Of a DNA stretch of 64,000 nt, positions 1 to 14,300 are shown in pieces. Every line of letters begins with the position of its first letter. Position 1 is the stretch's first letter. The notes under the pieces were generated by a model that was not told the DNA's origin, ran no database searches, and saw only the letters and a program-made list of their open reading frames with translations. The translations under genes were made by a program, and so were the position numbers. Source of the stretch: Eledone cirrhosa (lineage: Eukaryota); contig OZ024741.1 of assembly GCA_964016885.1 (NCBI GenBank), forward strand, positions 413,230,001-413,294,000. Direction: 5' to 3'.

Positions 1-2490
1 ACTACACTACATTGCACTATCAGTTAGTATCTAGGGCACTACACTATCACAGTTAGTATCTAGTGCACTACACTACACTAAACTATCAGTTAGTATCTAG
101 GGCACTATACTACACTATCAGTTATTATCTAGGGCACTACACTACACTATCCAAGTTAGTATCTAGGGCACTATACTACACTATCAGTTAGTATCTAGGG
201 CACTAAACTATACTACACTATCACAGTTAGTATCTAGGGCACTACACTACACTATCAGTTAGTATCTAGGGCACTAAACTATACTACACTATCACAGTTA
301 GTATCTAGGGCACTACACTACACTATCAGTTAGTATCTAGGGCACTATACTACACTATCACAGTTAGTATCTAGAGCACTACACTACACTATCAATTAGT
401 ATCTAGGGCATTACACTACACTACACTATCACAGTTAGTATCTAGGGCACTACACTACACTACACTATCAGTTAGTATCTAGGGCACTACACTACACTAC
501 ACTACATTACCACAGTTAGTATCTAGGGCACTACACTACACTACACTATCAATAGTATCTAGCGTACTACACTATCAGTTAGTATCTAGGGCATTGTACT
601 ACACTACACTATCAGTTAGTATCTAGGGCACTACACTACACTATCAGTTAGTATCTAGGGCACTACACTACACTATCAGTTAGTATCTAGGGCACTACAC
701 TACACTACACTATCAGTTAGTATCTAGTGCACTACACTACACTACACTATCAGTTAGTATCTAGGGCACTATACTACACTATCACAGTTAGTATCTAGGG
801 GACTACACTACACTATCAGTTAGTATATAGGGCACTACCATACACTACACTATCAGTTAGTATCTAGGGCACTACACTATCACAGTTAGTATCTATGTCA
901 CTACACTACACTACACTACACTACTCTATCAGTTAGTATATAGGGCACTACACTACACTATCAGTTAGTATCTACGGCACTACACTACACTATCAGTTAG
1001 TATATAGGGCACTACACTACACTATCAGTTAGTATCTACGGCACTACACTACACTAGACTATCAGTTAGTATCTAGGGCACTACACTACACTACACTATC
1101 ACAGTTAGTATCTAGGGAACTACACTACACAGGGCACTACACTACACTGCACTATCAGTTAGGATCTAGGGCACTATACTACACTATCACAGTTACTATC
1201 TAGTGTACTACACTACACTTTCAGTTAGTATCTAGGGCACTATACTACACTATCAGTTAGTATCTAGGGCACTATATTACACTACACTATACAATCAGTT
1301 AGGTCTAGGTTACTACACTACACTACACAATCAGCGAGTATCTAGGGCACTATACTACACTACACTATCAATTAGTATCTAGGGTACTTCACTACACTAT
1401 CAGTTAGTATCTAGGGCACTACACTACTCTATCAGTATCTAGGGCACTACACTACACTATCAGTTAGTATCTAGGGCACTACACTACACTACACTATCAG
1501 TTAGTATCTAGGGCACTACACTACACTACACTATCACAGTTAGTATCTAGGGCACTACACTACACTATCACTATCAGCTAGTATCTAGGGCACTACACTA
1601 TCAGTTAGTATCTAGGGCACTACACTACACTATCAGTTAGTATTTAACGCACTACACTATACTATGACAGTTAGTATCTAGGGCACTATACTACACTACA
1701 CTATCACAGTTAGTATCTAGGGCACTACACTACACTACACTCACACAGTTAGTATCTAGAGCACTACACTACACTATCAGTTAGCGTCTAGTGGACTACA
1801 CTACACTACACTATCAGTTAGTGTCTAGTGCACTACACTACACTACACTATCAATTAGTATCTATGGCACTACACTATCAGTTAGTATCTATGGCACTAC
1901 ACTATCAGTTAGTATCTAGGCCACTATACTACACTATCACAGTTACTATCTAGGGTACTACACTACACTTTCAGTTAGTATCTAGGGCACTATACTACAC
2001 TATCAGTTAGTATCTAGGGCACTACACTACACTATCAGTTAGTATCTAGGGCACTATACTACACTGTCACAGTTAGTATCTAGCACACTACACTACACTA
2101 TCAGTTACTATCTAGGGCACTACACTATCAGTTAGTATCTAGGGCACTACACTACACTATCAGTTAGTATCTAGGGCACTACACTACACTATCAGTTAGT
2201 ATCTAGGGCACTACACTACACTATCAGTTAGTATCTGGTGCACTACATTACACTACACTATCAGTTAGTATCTAGGGCACTATACTACACTATCAGTTAC
2301 TATCTAGCGCACTACACTACACTATCAGTTAGTATCTAGCGCACTACACTACACTACACTATCAGTTACTATCTAGGGCACTACATTACACTACACTATC
2401 AGTTAGTATCTGGCGCACTACACTACACTATCAGTTAGTGTCTAGGACACTACCCTACACTACACTACACTATTAGTTAGTATCTAGGGC
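1..2490. repeat. Tandem minisatellite: ATCAGTTAGTATCTAGGGC core plus variable (ACTAC)n
   Basis: Core recurs throughout with a variable number of ACTAC pentamers; the array runs off the window start. Confidence 0.97.
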
Positions 2491-2559
2491 CCTATAATAT
2501 TTGTCCAGCCAATTTCAACGAAAGCTATTGATTATAATGATTAACACCACACAGGTCTG

Positions 2560-3132
2560 TCTGGTGGTGGTGTGGTGTTGGTGGTGGTGTGGTGGTGGTG
2601 TGGTGGTGGTGGTGGTGTGGTGGTGGTGTGGTTTGGTGGTGGTGGTGTTGTGTTGGTGGTGGTATGGTTGTGTTGGTGGTGTTGTGTTTGTTGTAGTGTG
2701 GTGGTGGTGGTGGTGTGGTGGTGTGGTGTGGTGGTGGTGGTGTGGTGGTGGTGATGGTGTGGTGGTGGTGGTGATGTGGTGGTGGTTTGGTGTGGTGGTG
2801 GTGGTGTTGTGTTGGTGGTGGTTGTGTGGTGTGGTGTGGTGTGGTGGTGGTGGTGTTGTGGTCGTGGTGTGTTGGTGTTGGTGATGTGGTGGTGGTGTGG
2901 TGTGGTGGTGGTGGTGGTGTGGTGTTGCTGGTGGTGTGGTGGTGGTGTGGTGGTGGTGGTATGGTGTGGTGGTGGTGGTGGTGTGGTGGTGGTTTGGTGT
3001 GGTGGTGTGGTGGTGGTGTTGTGGTGGTGGTGGTATGGTGGTGGTAGTGGTGTTGTGTGGGTGGTGTGGTGGTGGTGTTGTGCTGGTGGTGGTCGTGGTG
3101 TGGTGTGGTGGTGTGGTCGTGCGGTCGTGGTG
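2560..3132. repeat. Degenerate (GGT)n/(GTGTG)n simple repeat
   Basis: Directly visible; gives low-complexity ORFs in all frames. Confidence 0.95.
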
Positions 3133-3216
3133 TAACAATTTTGTCTAGCTTAGCCAGTTTTCTAGTTACAGCTTCTCTCCACTTGCTCCTGCCAATACTT
3201 TCTATTGTTGAATAAA

Positions 3217-4666
3217 ACAGCAACAACAGCAACAACAACAGCAACAACAGCAACAACAGCACAGCAGCAACATCACCAACAACAGCAACATCACCAACAA
3301 CAGCAACAACAGCAACAGCAACAACAACAGCAACAACAGCAACAGCAACAACATCAGCAACAGCAACAACAGCAGCCACAGCAGCAACATCACCAACAAC
3401 AGCAACAACAACAGCAACAACAGCAACAACAACAGCAACAACAGCAACAACAGCAACAGCAACAACAACAACAACAACATCAGCCACAACAACAACAGCA
3501 GCAACAACACAACAACAACAGCAACAGCAGCAACATCCACAACAACAGCCACAGCAACAACATCAGTAACAGCCACAACAGCAACAACAGCAACAACAGC
3601 AACAACAACAGCAACAACAGCAACAGCAACAACAGCAACAACAGCAACAACAACAGCAACAACAGCAACAACAGCAACAACAGCAACAACAACAACAACA
3701 GCAACAACAGCAACAGCAACAACAACACAGCAACAACAGCAACAGCAGCAACATCCACAACAACAGCCACAGCAACAACATCAGTAACAGCCACAACAGC
3801 AACAACAGCAACAACAACATCAGCAACAACAACAACAGCAACAACAACAGCAACAACAGCAACAACAGTAACAGCCACAACAGCAACAACAGCACCAACA
3901 GCAACAACAACAGCAACAACAGCAACAACAGCAACAACAGCAACAACAACATCAACAACAACAGCAACAACAGCAACAGCAACAACAACAACAGCAACAA
4001 CAGCAACAACAACATCAGCAACAACAACAACAGCAACAACAACAGCAACAACAGCAACAACAGCAACAACAACAGCAACAACAGCAACAGCAACAACAGC
4101 AACAACAGCAACAACAGCAACAACAACAACAACAACAACAGCAACAACAGCAACAGCAACAACAACACAGCAACAACAGCAACAGCAGCAACATCCACAA
4201 CAACAGCCACAGCAACAACATCAGTAACAGCCACAACAGCAACAACAGCAACAACAACATCAGCAACAACAACAACAGCAACAACAACAGCAACAACAGC
4301 AACAACAGTAACAGCCACAACAGCAACAACAGCACCAACAGCAACAACAACAGCAACAACAGCAACAACAGCAACAACAGCAACAACAACATCAACAACA
4401 ACAGCAACAACAGCAACAGCAACAACAACAACAGCAACAACAGCAACAACAACATCAGCAACAACAACAACAGCAACAACAACAGCAACAACAGCAACAA
4501 CAGCAACAACAGCAACAACATCAGCAACAGCAACAGCAACAACATCAGCAACAACATCAGCCACAACAACAACAACAACAGCAACAACAGCAACAACAGC
4601 AACAGCAACAACAGCAGCCACAGCAACAACATCAGCAACAACAGCAACAACAGCAACAGCAACATC
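3217..4666. repeat. (CAA/CAG)n compound microsatellite with internal ~440-bp duplication
   Basis: Marker AACATCCACAACAACAGCCACAGCAACAACATCAGTAACAGCC recurs at ~3532, ~3750 and ~4190. Confidence 0.95.
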
Positions 4667-4687
4667 GCCATCATCATCATCAATAAA

Positions 4688-5305
4688 AACAATAATAATA
4701 ATAATTTCTAATTTTGGCACAAGGCCAGCAATTTTGTGGGGAAGAGGAATGTGGATTAAATAGAACCTAGTACATGACTGGTACTTTATTTTATCAAGTC
4801 CATAGGGGTGACCTCTACAGGATTTGAACTGAGAATGTAAAGGGATATAACTCTGTGCTGCAAAGCATATTGTCTACCGATTACTGCCAAATAATAATTG
4901 TTTCTACTTTAGGCACAAGGCCAGCAATTTGAAGGGGAGTGGGGAAAAGTTGATTAAATGAACCCCAGTGTATTACTGGTACTTTATTTTATTGACCCTG
5001 TATAGATGAAAGGCAAAGCTAACTTTGGCAGGATTTGAACTCAGAACGTAAAGGGCCCTAACTCTATGCTGCAAATCGAGTTGTCCAATGCTGTGCCGAT
5101 TACTGTTGATAATAATAATTGTTTCTACTTTTGGCACAAGGCCAGCAATTACTCCAGTGTATTACTGGTACTTTAATTTATTGACCCTGTAAGGCTGAAA
5201 GGCAAAGTTAACCTCGGTGGGATTGGAACTCATAACGTAAAGGGCCATAACTATATGCTAGAAAGCATGGCGTCTAACCCGCTACCAATACTGCCAATCC
5301 ACCAC
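4688..5305 (-). mobile_element. Three head-to-tail copies of a tRNA-derived SINE (octopus OK-like)
   Basis: Three units starting ~4700, ~4896, ~5117 share GGCACAAGGCCAGCAATT...CTGGTACTTTA...GATTTGAACT (reverse B-box GTTCAAATC), each with an (ATT)n tail; same family at 46550 and 63605. Confidence 0.8.
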
Positions 5306-5394
5306 CATCTTTAATAATAATAATATTAATAATAAATCTATTGTCGTCCAACCCATGAAACATGGAAGAATAAGACAAGGATGTTTAATGATGA

Positions 5395-8300
5395 CGATGT
5401 TGGTGGTGGTGGTGATGATTGTGGTGGTGGTGTTTAGTAATGTTGTGGTGGTGGTGGTGTTTAGTAATGTTGTGATGGTGGTGGTGGTGGTGGTGCTGGT
5501 GTTTGGTAATGTGATGGTGATGGTGGTGGTGGTAATGTTGTGTTGGTGGGGGTGGTGGTGGTAGTGTTGTGTTGGTGGTGGTGTTTAGTGATGTTGTGAT
5601 GGTGATGATGGTGGTGGTAATGTTGTGATGGTGATGTTTGGCAATGTTGTGGTGGTGGTGGTGGTAATGTTGTGTTGGTGGTGGTGTGTGTGTGGTGGGG
5701 GGGTTTGTTTGGTAATATTGTGATGTTGGTTGTGGTGGTGTTTAGTAATGTTGTGGTGGTGTTTAGTAATGTTGTGATGGTGGTGGTGGTGTTTAGTAAT
5801 GTTGTGTTGGTGGTGGTGGTGTTTAGTAATGTTGTTGTGGTGGTGGTGGTGTTATTTTGTAATGTTGTGATGTTGGTGGTGGTGGTGGTGTTTAGTAATG
5901 TTGTGATGGTGGTGGTGTTGGTGGTGTTTAGTAATGTTGTGATGGTGGTGGTGGTGTTTAGTAATGTTGTGATCGTGGTGGTGATGGTGGTGTTTCCTAA
6001 TGTTGTGATGGTGGTGGTGTTTAGTAATGTTGTGATGGTGGTGGTGTTGTTTTGTAATGTTGTGTTGGTGGTGGTGTTTGGTAATATTGTGATGTTGGTG
6101 GTGGTGGTGTTTAGTAATGTTGTGTTGGTGGTGGTGGTGGTGTTTAGTAATGTTGTGATGGTGGTGGTGGTGGTGGTGGTGTTTAGTAATGTTGTGTTGG
6201 TGGTGGTGGTGGTGTTTGGTAATGTTGTGATGGTGGTGGTGGTGGTGTTTAGTAATGTGATGGTGGTGGTGGTGGTGGTGTTTGGTAATGTTGTGATGGT
6301 GGTGGTGGTGGTGTTTAGTAATGTTGTGATGGTTGTGGTGGTGGTGGTGTTTGGTAATGTTGTGATGGTGGTGGTGGTGGTGTTTAGTAATGTTGTGTTG
6401 GTGGTGGTGGTGGTGGTGGTGGTGTTTAGTAATGTTGTTATGGTGGTGGTGTTTAGTAATGTGATGGTGGTGGTGCTGTTTAGTAATGTTGTGATGGTGG
6501 TGGTGGTGGTGTTTAGTAATGTTGTGATGGTGGTGGTGGTGGTGTTTAGTAATGTTGTGTTGGTGGTGGTGGTGGTGGTGGTGCTTAGTAATATTGGTGG
6601 TGGTGTTTAGTAATGTAGTGATGGTGGTGGTGGTGTTTAGTAATGTTGTGATGGTGGTGGTGGTGTTTAGTAATGTTGTGATTGTGGTGGTGGTGCTGTT
6701 TAGTAATGTTGCGTTGGTGGTGGTGGTGGTGTTTGGTAATGTTGTGATGGTGGTGGTGGTGGTGTTTGGTAATGTTGTGATGGTGGTGATGGTGGTGGTG
6801 GTGTTTGGTAATGTTGTGATGGTGGTGGTGCTTGGTAATGTTGTGATGGTGGTGCTGTTTAGTAATGTTGTGTTGGTGGTGGTGGTGGTGTTTGGTAATG
6901 TTGTGATGGTGGACGTGGTGGTGTTTAGTAATGTTGTGATGGTGGTGGTGGTGGTGTTTGGTAATGTTGTGATGGTGGTGGTGGTGGTGTTTAGTAATGT
7001 TGTGATGGTGGTGGTGGTGTTTAGTAATGTTGTGATGGTGGTGGTGGTGGTGTTTAGTAATGTTGTGATGGTGGTGGTGGTGGTGTTTGGTAATGTTGTG
7101 ATGGTGGTTGTTGTGGTGTTTAGTAATGTTGTGATGGTGGTGGTGGTGGTGTTTTGTAATGTTGTAATGGTGGTGGTGGTGTTTAGTAATGTTGTGTTGG
7201 TGGTGGAGGTGGTGTTTGGTAATATTGTGATGGTGGTGGTGGTGGTGTTTAGTAATGTTGTGATGGTGGTGGTGGTGGTGTTTGGTAATATTGTGATGGT
7301 GGTGGTGGTGTTTAGTAATGTTGTGATGGTGGTGGTGGTGGTGTTTAGTAATGTTGTGATGGTGGTGGTGGTGGTGTTTAGTAATGTTGTGATGGTGATG
7401 GTGGTGTTTAGTAATGTTGTGATGGTGGTGGTGGTGTTTAGTAATGTTGTGATGGTGGTGGTGCTGTTTAGTAATGTTGTGATGGTGGTGGTGGTGGTGT
7501 TTGGTAATGTTTTGATGGTGGTGGTGGTTCTGTTTAGTAATGTTGTGTTCGTGGTGGTGGTGGTGTTGGTAATGTTGTGATGGTGGTGGTGGTGTTTGGT
7601 AATGTGGTGATGGTGGTGGTGGTGTTTAGTAATGTTGTGATTGTGGTGGTGGCGTTGTTTGGTTATGTTGTGATGGTGGTGGTGGTGGTGTTTAGTAATG
7701 TTGTGATGGTGGCGGAGGTGGTGGTGTTTGGTAATGTTGTGATGGTGGTGGTGGTGGTGTTTAGTAATGTTGTGTTGGTGGTGGTGGTGTTTGGTAATGT
7801 TGTGATGGTGATGGTGGTGTTGTTTAGTAATGTTGTGATGGTGGTGGTGGTGGTGTTTGGTAATGTTGTGATGGTGGTGGTGGTGTTTGGTAATGTTGTG
7901 ATGGTGGTGGAGGTGGTGCTATTTAGTAATGTTGTGTTGGTGGTGGTGGTGGTGTTTGGTAATGTTGCGATGGTGGTGGTGGTGGTGTTTGGTAATGTTG
8001 TGATGGTGGTGGTGGTGGTGTTTGGTAATGTTGTGATGGTGGTGGTGGTGCTGTTTAGTAATGTTGTGTTGGTGGTGGCGGTGGTGTTTGGTAATGTTGT
8101 GATGGTGGTGGTGGTGGTGTTTAGTAATGTTGTGATGGTGGTGGTGTCTGGTAATGTTGTGATGGTGGTGGTGGTGTTTAGTAATGTTGTGATGGGGGTG
8201 GTGGTGGTGTCTGGTAATGTTGTGATGGTGGTGGTGGTGTTTAGTAATGTTGTGATGGGGGTGGTCGTGTTTAGTAATGTTGTGATGGTGGTGGTGGTGT

Positions 8301-11300
8301 TTAGTAATGTTGTGATGGGGGTGGTGGTGTTTAGTAATGTTGTGATGGTGGTGGTGGTGGTGTTTGGTAATGTTGTGATGGTGGTGGTGGTGCTGTTTAG
8401 TAATGTTGTGTTGGTGGTGGTGGTGGTGTTGGTAATGTTGTGATGGTGGTGGTGGTGGTGTTTCCTAATGTTGTGATGCTGGTGGTGTTTAGTAATGTTG
8501 TGATGGTGGTGGTGGTGTTTAGTAATGTTGTGATCGTGGTGGTGATGGTGGTGTTTCCTAATGTTGTGATGGTGGTGGTGTTTAGTAATGTTGTGATGGT
8601 GGTGGTGGCGTTTAGTAATGTTGTGTTGGTGGTCGTGGTGTTTGGTAATGTTGTGATGTTGGTGGTGGTGGTGTTTAGTAATGTTGTGATGGTGGTGGTG
8701 TTTGGTAATGTTGTGATGGTGGTGGTGTTTAGTAATGTTGTGTTGGTGGTGGTGGTGGTGTTTAGTAATGTTGTGATGTTGGTGGTGTTTAGTAATTTTG
8801 TGTTGGTGGTGGTGGTGGTGTTTAGTAATGTTGTGATGGTGGTGGTGGTGGTGTTTAGTAATTTTGTGATGGTGGTGGTGGTGTTTAGTAATGTGGTGAT
8901 TGTGGTGGTGTGGTTGTTTGGTTATGTTGTGATGGTGGTGGTGGTGGTGTTTAGTAATGTTGTGATGGTGGTGCTGGTGGTGTTTAGTAATGTTGTTATG
9001 GTGGTGGTGGTGGTGTTTAGTAATGTTTTGATGGTGGTGGTGGTGTTTAGTAATGTGGTGATTGTGGTGGTGTGGTTGTTTGGTTATGTTGTGATGGTGG
9101 TGGTGGTGGTGTTTAGTAATGTTGTTGTGGTGGTGGTGGTGCTGGTGTTTAGTAATGTTGTGATGGTGGTGGTGGTGTTTAGTAATGTTGTGTTGGTGGT
9201 GGTGTTTGGCAATGTTGTGATGGTGGAGGTGGTGGTGTTTACTAACGTTGTGATGGTGGTGGTGGTGGTGTTTGGTAATGTTGTGATGGTGGTTGTGGTG
9301 TTTAGTAATGTTGTGATTGTGGTGGTGGCGTTGTTTGGTTATGTTGTGATGGTGGTGGTGGTAGTGTTTAGTAATGTTGTGATGGTGGTGGTGGTGGTGT
9401 TTGGTAATGTTTTGATGGTGGTGGTGGTTCTGTTTAGTAATGTTGTGTTCGTGGTGGTGGTGGTGTTGGTAATGTTGTGATGGTGGTGGTGGTGTTTGGT
9501 AATGTGGTGATGGTGGTGGTGGTGTTTAGTAATGTTGTGATTGTGGTGGTGGCGTTGTTTGGTTATGTTGTGATGGTGGTGGTGGTGGTGTTTAGTAATG
9601 TTGTGATGGTGGCGGAGGTGGTGGTGTTTGGTAATGTTGTGATGGTGGTGGTGGTGGTGTTTAGTAATGTTGTGTTGGTGGTGGTGGTGTTTGGTAATGT
9701 TGTGATGGTGATGGTGGTGTTGTTTAGTAATGTTGTGATGGTGGTGGTGGTGGTGTTTGGTAATGTTGTGATGGTGGTGGTGGTGTTTGGTAATGTTGTG
9801 ATGGTGGTGGAGGTGGTGCTATTTAGTAATGTTGTGTTGGTGGTGGTGGTGGTGTTTGGTAATGTTGCGATGGTGGTGGTGGTGGTGTTTGGTAATGTTG
9901 TGATGGTGGTGGTGGTGGTGTTTGGTAATGTTGTGATGGTGGTGGTGGTGCTGTTTAGTAATGTTGTGTTGGTGGTGGCGGTGGTGTTTGGTAATGTTGT
10001 GATGGTGGTGGTGGTGGTGTTTAGTAATGTTGTGATGGTGGTGGTGTCTGGTAATGTTGTGATGGTGGTGGTGGTGTTTAGTAATGTTGTGATGGGGGTG
10101 GTGGTGGTGTCTGGTAATGTTGTGATGGTGGTGGTGGTGTTTAGTAATGTTGTGATGGGGGTGGTCGTGTTTAGTAATGTTGTGATGGTGGTGGTGGTGT
10201 TTAGTAATGTTGTGATGGGGGTGGTGGTGTTTAGTAATGTTGTGATGGTGGTGGTGGTGGTGTTTGGTAATGTTGTGATGGTGGTGGTGGTGCTGTTTAG
10301 TAATGTTGTGTTGGTGGTGGTGGTGGTGTTGGTAATGTTGTGATGGTGGTGGTGGTGGTGTTTCCTAATGTTGTGATGCTGGTGGTGTTTAGTAATGTTG
10401 TGATGGTGGTGGTGGTGTTTAGTAATGTTGTGATCGTGGTGGTGATGGTGGTGTTTCCTAATGTTGTGATGGTGGTGGTGTTTAGTAATGTTGTGATGGT
10501 GGTGGTGGCGTTTAGTAATGTTGTGTTGGTGGTCGTGGTGTTTGGTAATGTTGTGATGTTGGTGGTGGTGGTGTTTAGTAATGTTGTGATGGTGGTGGTG
10601 TTTGGTAATGTTGTGATGGTGGTGGTGTTTAGTAATGTTGTGTTGGTGGTGGTGGTGGTGTTTAGTAATGTTGTGATGTTGGTGGTGTTTAGTAATTTTG
10701 TGTTGGTGGTGGTGGTGGTGTTTAGTAATGTTGTGATGGTGGTGGTGGTGGTGTTTAGTAATTTTGTGATGGTGGTGGTGGTGTTTAGTAATGTGGTGAT
10801 TGTGGTGGTGTGGTTGTTTGGTTATGTTGTGATGGTGGTGGTGGTGGTGTTTAGTAATGTTGTGATGGTGGTGCTGGTGGTGTTTAGTAATGTTGTTATG
10901 GTGGTGGTGGTGGTGTTTAGTAATGTTTTGATGGTGGTGGTGGTGTTTAGTAATGTGGTGATTGTGGTGGTGTGGTTGTTTGGTTATGTTGTGATGGTGG
11001 TGGTGGTGGTGTTTAGTAATGTTGTTGTGGTGGTGGTGGTGCTGGTGTTTAGTAATGTTGTGATGGTGGTGGTGGTGTTTAGTAATGTTGTGTTGGTGGT
11101 GGTGTTTGGCAATGTTGTGATGGTGGAGGTGGTGGTGTTTACTAACGTTGTGATGGTGGTGGTGGTGGTGTTTGGTAATGTTGTGATGGTGGTTGTGGTG
11201 TTTAGTAATGTTGTGATTGTGGTGGTGGCGTTGTTTGGTTATGTTGTGATGGTGGTGGTGGTAGTGTTTAGTAATGTTGTGATGGTGGTGGTGGTGGTGT

Positions 11301-14300
11301 TTAGTAATGTTGTGTTGGTGGTGGTGGTGTTTGGTAATGTTGTGATGGTGGTGGTGGTGGTGTTTAGTAATGTTGTGTTGGTGGTGGTGGTGTTTGGTAA
11401 TGTTGTGATGGTGATGGTGGTGTTGTTTAGTAATGTTGTGATGGTGGTGGTGGTGGTGTTTGGTAATGTTGTGATGGTGGTGGTGGTGTTTGGTAATGTT
11501 GTGATGGTGGTGGAGATGGTGCTATTTAGTAATGTTGTGTTTGTGGTGGTGGTGGTGTTTGGTAATGTTGTGATGGTGGTGGTGGTGGTGTTTGGTAATG
11601 TTGTGATGGTGGTGGTGGTGGTGTTTGGTAATGTTGTGATGGTGGTGGTGGTGCTGTTTAGTAATGTTGTGTTGGTGGTGGCGATGGTGTTTGGTAATGT
11701 TGTGATGGTGGTGGTGGTGGTGTTTAGTAATGTTGTGATGGTGGTGGTGGTGGTGTTTGGTAATGTTGTGATGGTGGTGGTCGTGTTTAGTAATGTTGTG
11801 ATGGTGGTGGTGGTGTTTAGTAATGTTGTGATGGGGGTGGTGGTGTTTAGTAATGTTGTGATGGTGGTGGTGGTGGTGTTTGGTAATGTTGTGATGGTGG
11901 TGGTGGTGCTGTTTAGTAATGTTGTGTTGGTGGTGGAGGTGGTGTTTGGTAATATTGTGATGGTGGTGGTGGTGGTGTTTAGTAATGTTGTGATGGTGGT
12001 GGTGGTGGTGTTTGGTAATATTGTGATGGTGGTGGTGGTGTTTAGTAATGTTGTGATGGTGGTGGTGGTGGTGTTTAGTAATGTTGTGATGGTGGTGGTG
12101 GTGGTGTTTAGTAATGTTGTGATGGTGATGGTGGTGTTTAGTAATGTTGTGATGGTGGTGGTGGTGTTTAGTAATGTTGTGATGGTGGTGGTGCTGTTTA
12201 GTAATGTTGTGATGGTGGTGGTGGTGGTGTTTGGTAATGTTTTGATGGTGGTGGTGGTTCTGTTTAGTAATGTTGTGTTCGTGGTGGTGGTGGTGTTTGG
12301 TAATGTGGTGATGGTGGTGGTGGTGTTTAGTAATGTTGTGATTGTGGTGGTGGCGTTGTTTGGTTATGTTGTGATGGTGGTGGTGGTGGTGTTTAGTAAT
12401 GTTGTGATGGTGGCGGAGGTGGTGGTGTTTAGTAATGTTGTGATGGTGGTGGTGGTGGTGTTTAGTAATGTTGTGTTGGTGGTGGTGGTGTTTGGTAATG
12501 TTGTGATGGTGGTGGTGGTGGTGTTTAGTAATGTTGTGTTGGTGGTGGTGGTGTTTGGTAATGTTGTGATGGTGATGGTGGTGTTGTTTAGTAATGTTGT
12601 GATGGTGGTGGTGGTGGTGTTTGGTAATGTTGTGATGGTGGTGGTGGTGTTTGGTAATGTTGTGATGGTGGTGGAGGTGGTGCTATTTAGTAATGTTGTG
12701 TTGGTGGTGGTGGTGGTGTTTGGTAATGTTGTGATGGTGGTGGTGGTGGTGTTTGGTAATGTTGTGATGGTGGTGGTGGTGGTGTTTGGTAATGTTGTGA
12801 TGGTGGTGGTGGTGCTGTTTAGTAATGTTGTGTTGGTGGTGGCGGTGGTGTTTGGTAATGTTGTGATGGTGGTGGTGGTGGTGTTTAGTAATGTTGTGAT
12901 GGTGGTGGTGTCTGGTAATGTTGTGATGGTGGTGGTGGTGTTTAGTAATGTTGTGATGGGGGTGGTGGTGGTGTCTGGTAATGTTGTGATGGTGGTGGTG
13001 GTGTTTAGTAATGTTGTGATGGGGGTGGTCGTGTTTAGTAATGTTGTGATGGTGGTGGTGGTGTTTAGTAATGTTGTGATGGGGGTGGTGGTGTTTAGTA
13101 ATGTTGTGATGGTGGTGGTGGTGGTGTTTGGTAATGTTGTGATGGTGGTGGTGGTGCTGTTTAGTAATGTTGTGTTGGTGGTGGTGGTGGTGTTGGTAAT
13201 GTTGTGATGGTGGTGGTGGTGGTGTTTCCTAATGTTGTGATGCTGGTGGTGTTTAGTAATGTTGTGATGGTGGTGGTGGTGTTTAGTAATGTTGTGATCG
13301 TGGTGGTGATGGTGGTGTTTCCTAATGTTGTGATGGTGGTGGTGTTTAGTAATGTTGTGATGGTGGTGGTGGCGTTTAGTAATGTTGTGTTGGTGGTCGT
13401 GGTGTTTGGTAATGTTGTGATGTTGGTGGTGGTGGTGTTTAGTAATGTTGTGATGGTGGTGGTGTTTGGTAATGTTGTGATGGTGGTGGTGTTTACTAAT
13501 GTTGTGTTGGTGGTGGTGGTGGTGTTTAGTAATGTTGTGATGTTGGTGGTGTTTAGTAATTTTGTGTTGGTGGTGGTGGTGGTGTTTAGTAATGTTGTGA
13601 TGGTGGTGGTGGTGGTGTTTAGTAATGTTGTGATGGTGGTGGTGGTGTTTAGTAATGTGGTGATTGTGGTGGTGTGGTTGTTTGGTTATGTTGTGATGGT
13701 GGTGGTGGTGGTGTTTAGTAATGTTGTGATGGTGGTGCTGGTGGTGTTTAGTAATGTTGTTATGGTGGTGGTGGTGGTGTTTAGTAATGTTTTGATGGTG
13801 GTGGTGGTGTTTAGTAATGTGGTGATTGTGGTGGTGTGGTTGTTTGGTTATGTTGTGATGGTGGTGGTGGTGGTGTTTAGTAATGTTGTTGTGGTGGTGG
13901 TGGTGCTGGTGTTTAGTAATGTTGTGATGGTGGTGGTGGTGTTTAGTAATGTTGTGTTGGTGGTGGTGTTTGGCAATGTTGTGATGGTGGAGGTGGTGGT
14001 GTTTAGTAACGTTGTGATGGTGGTGGTGGTGGTGTTTGGTAATGTTGTGATGGTGGTTGTGGTGTTTAGTAATGTTGTGATTGTGGTGGTGGCGTTGTTT
14101 GGTTATGTTGTGATGGTGGTGGTGGTAGTGTTTAGTAATGTTGTGATGGTGGTGGTGGTGGTGTTTAGTAATGTTGTGTTGGTGGTGGTGGTGTTTGGTA
14201 ATGTTGTGATGGTGGTGGTGGTGGTGTTTAGTAATGTTGTGTTGGTGGTGGTGGTGTTTGGTAATGTTGTGATGGTGATGGTGGTGTTGTTTAGTAATGT

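Noticed and set aside
1-2490. Telomere-like TTAG/CTAGGG words in the first satellite
   Set aside because: No (TTAGGG)n run; resemblance is limited to short words
3135-3205. Minus-strand peptide SIGRSKWREAVTRKLAKLDK resembling an RTE C-terminus or an exon
   Set aside because: Too short to support either call
2501-4720. PolyQ/N/T, polyL and polyH ORFs
   Set aside because: Translations of trinucleotide microsatellites, open in many frames on both strands
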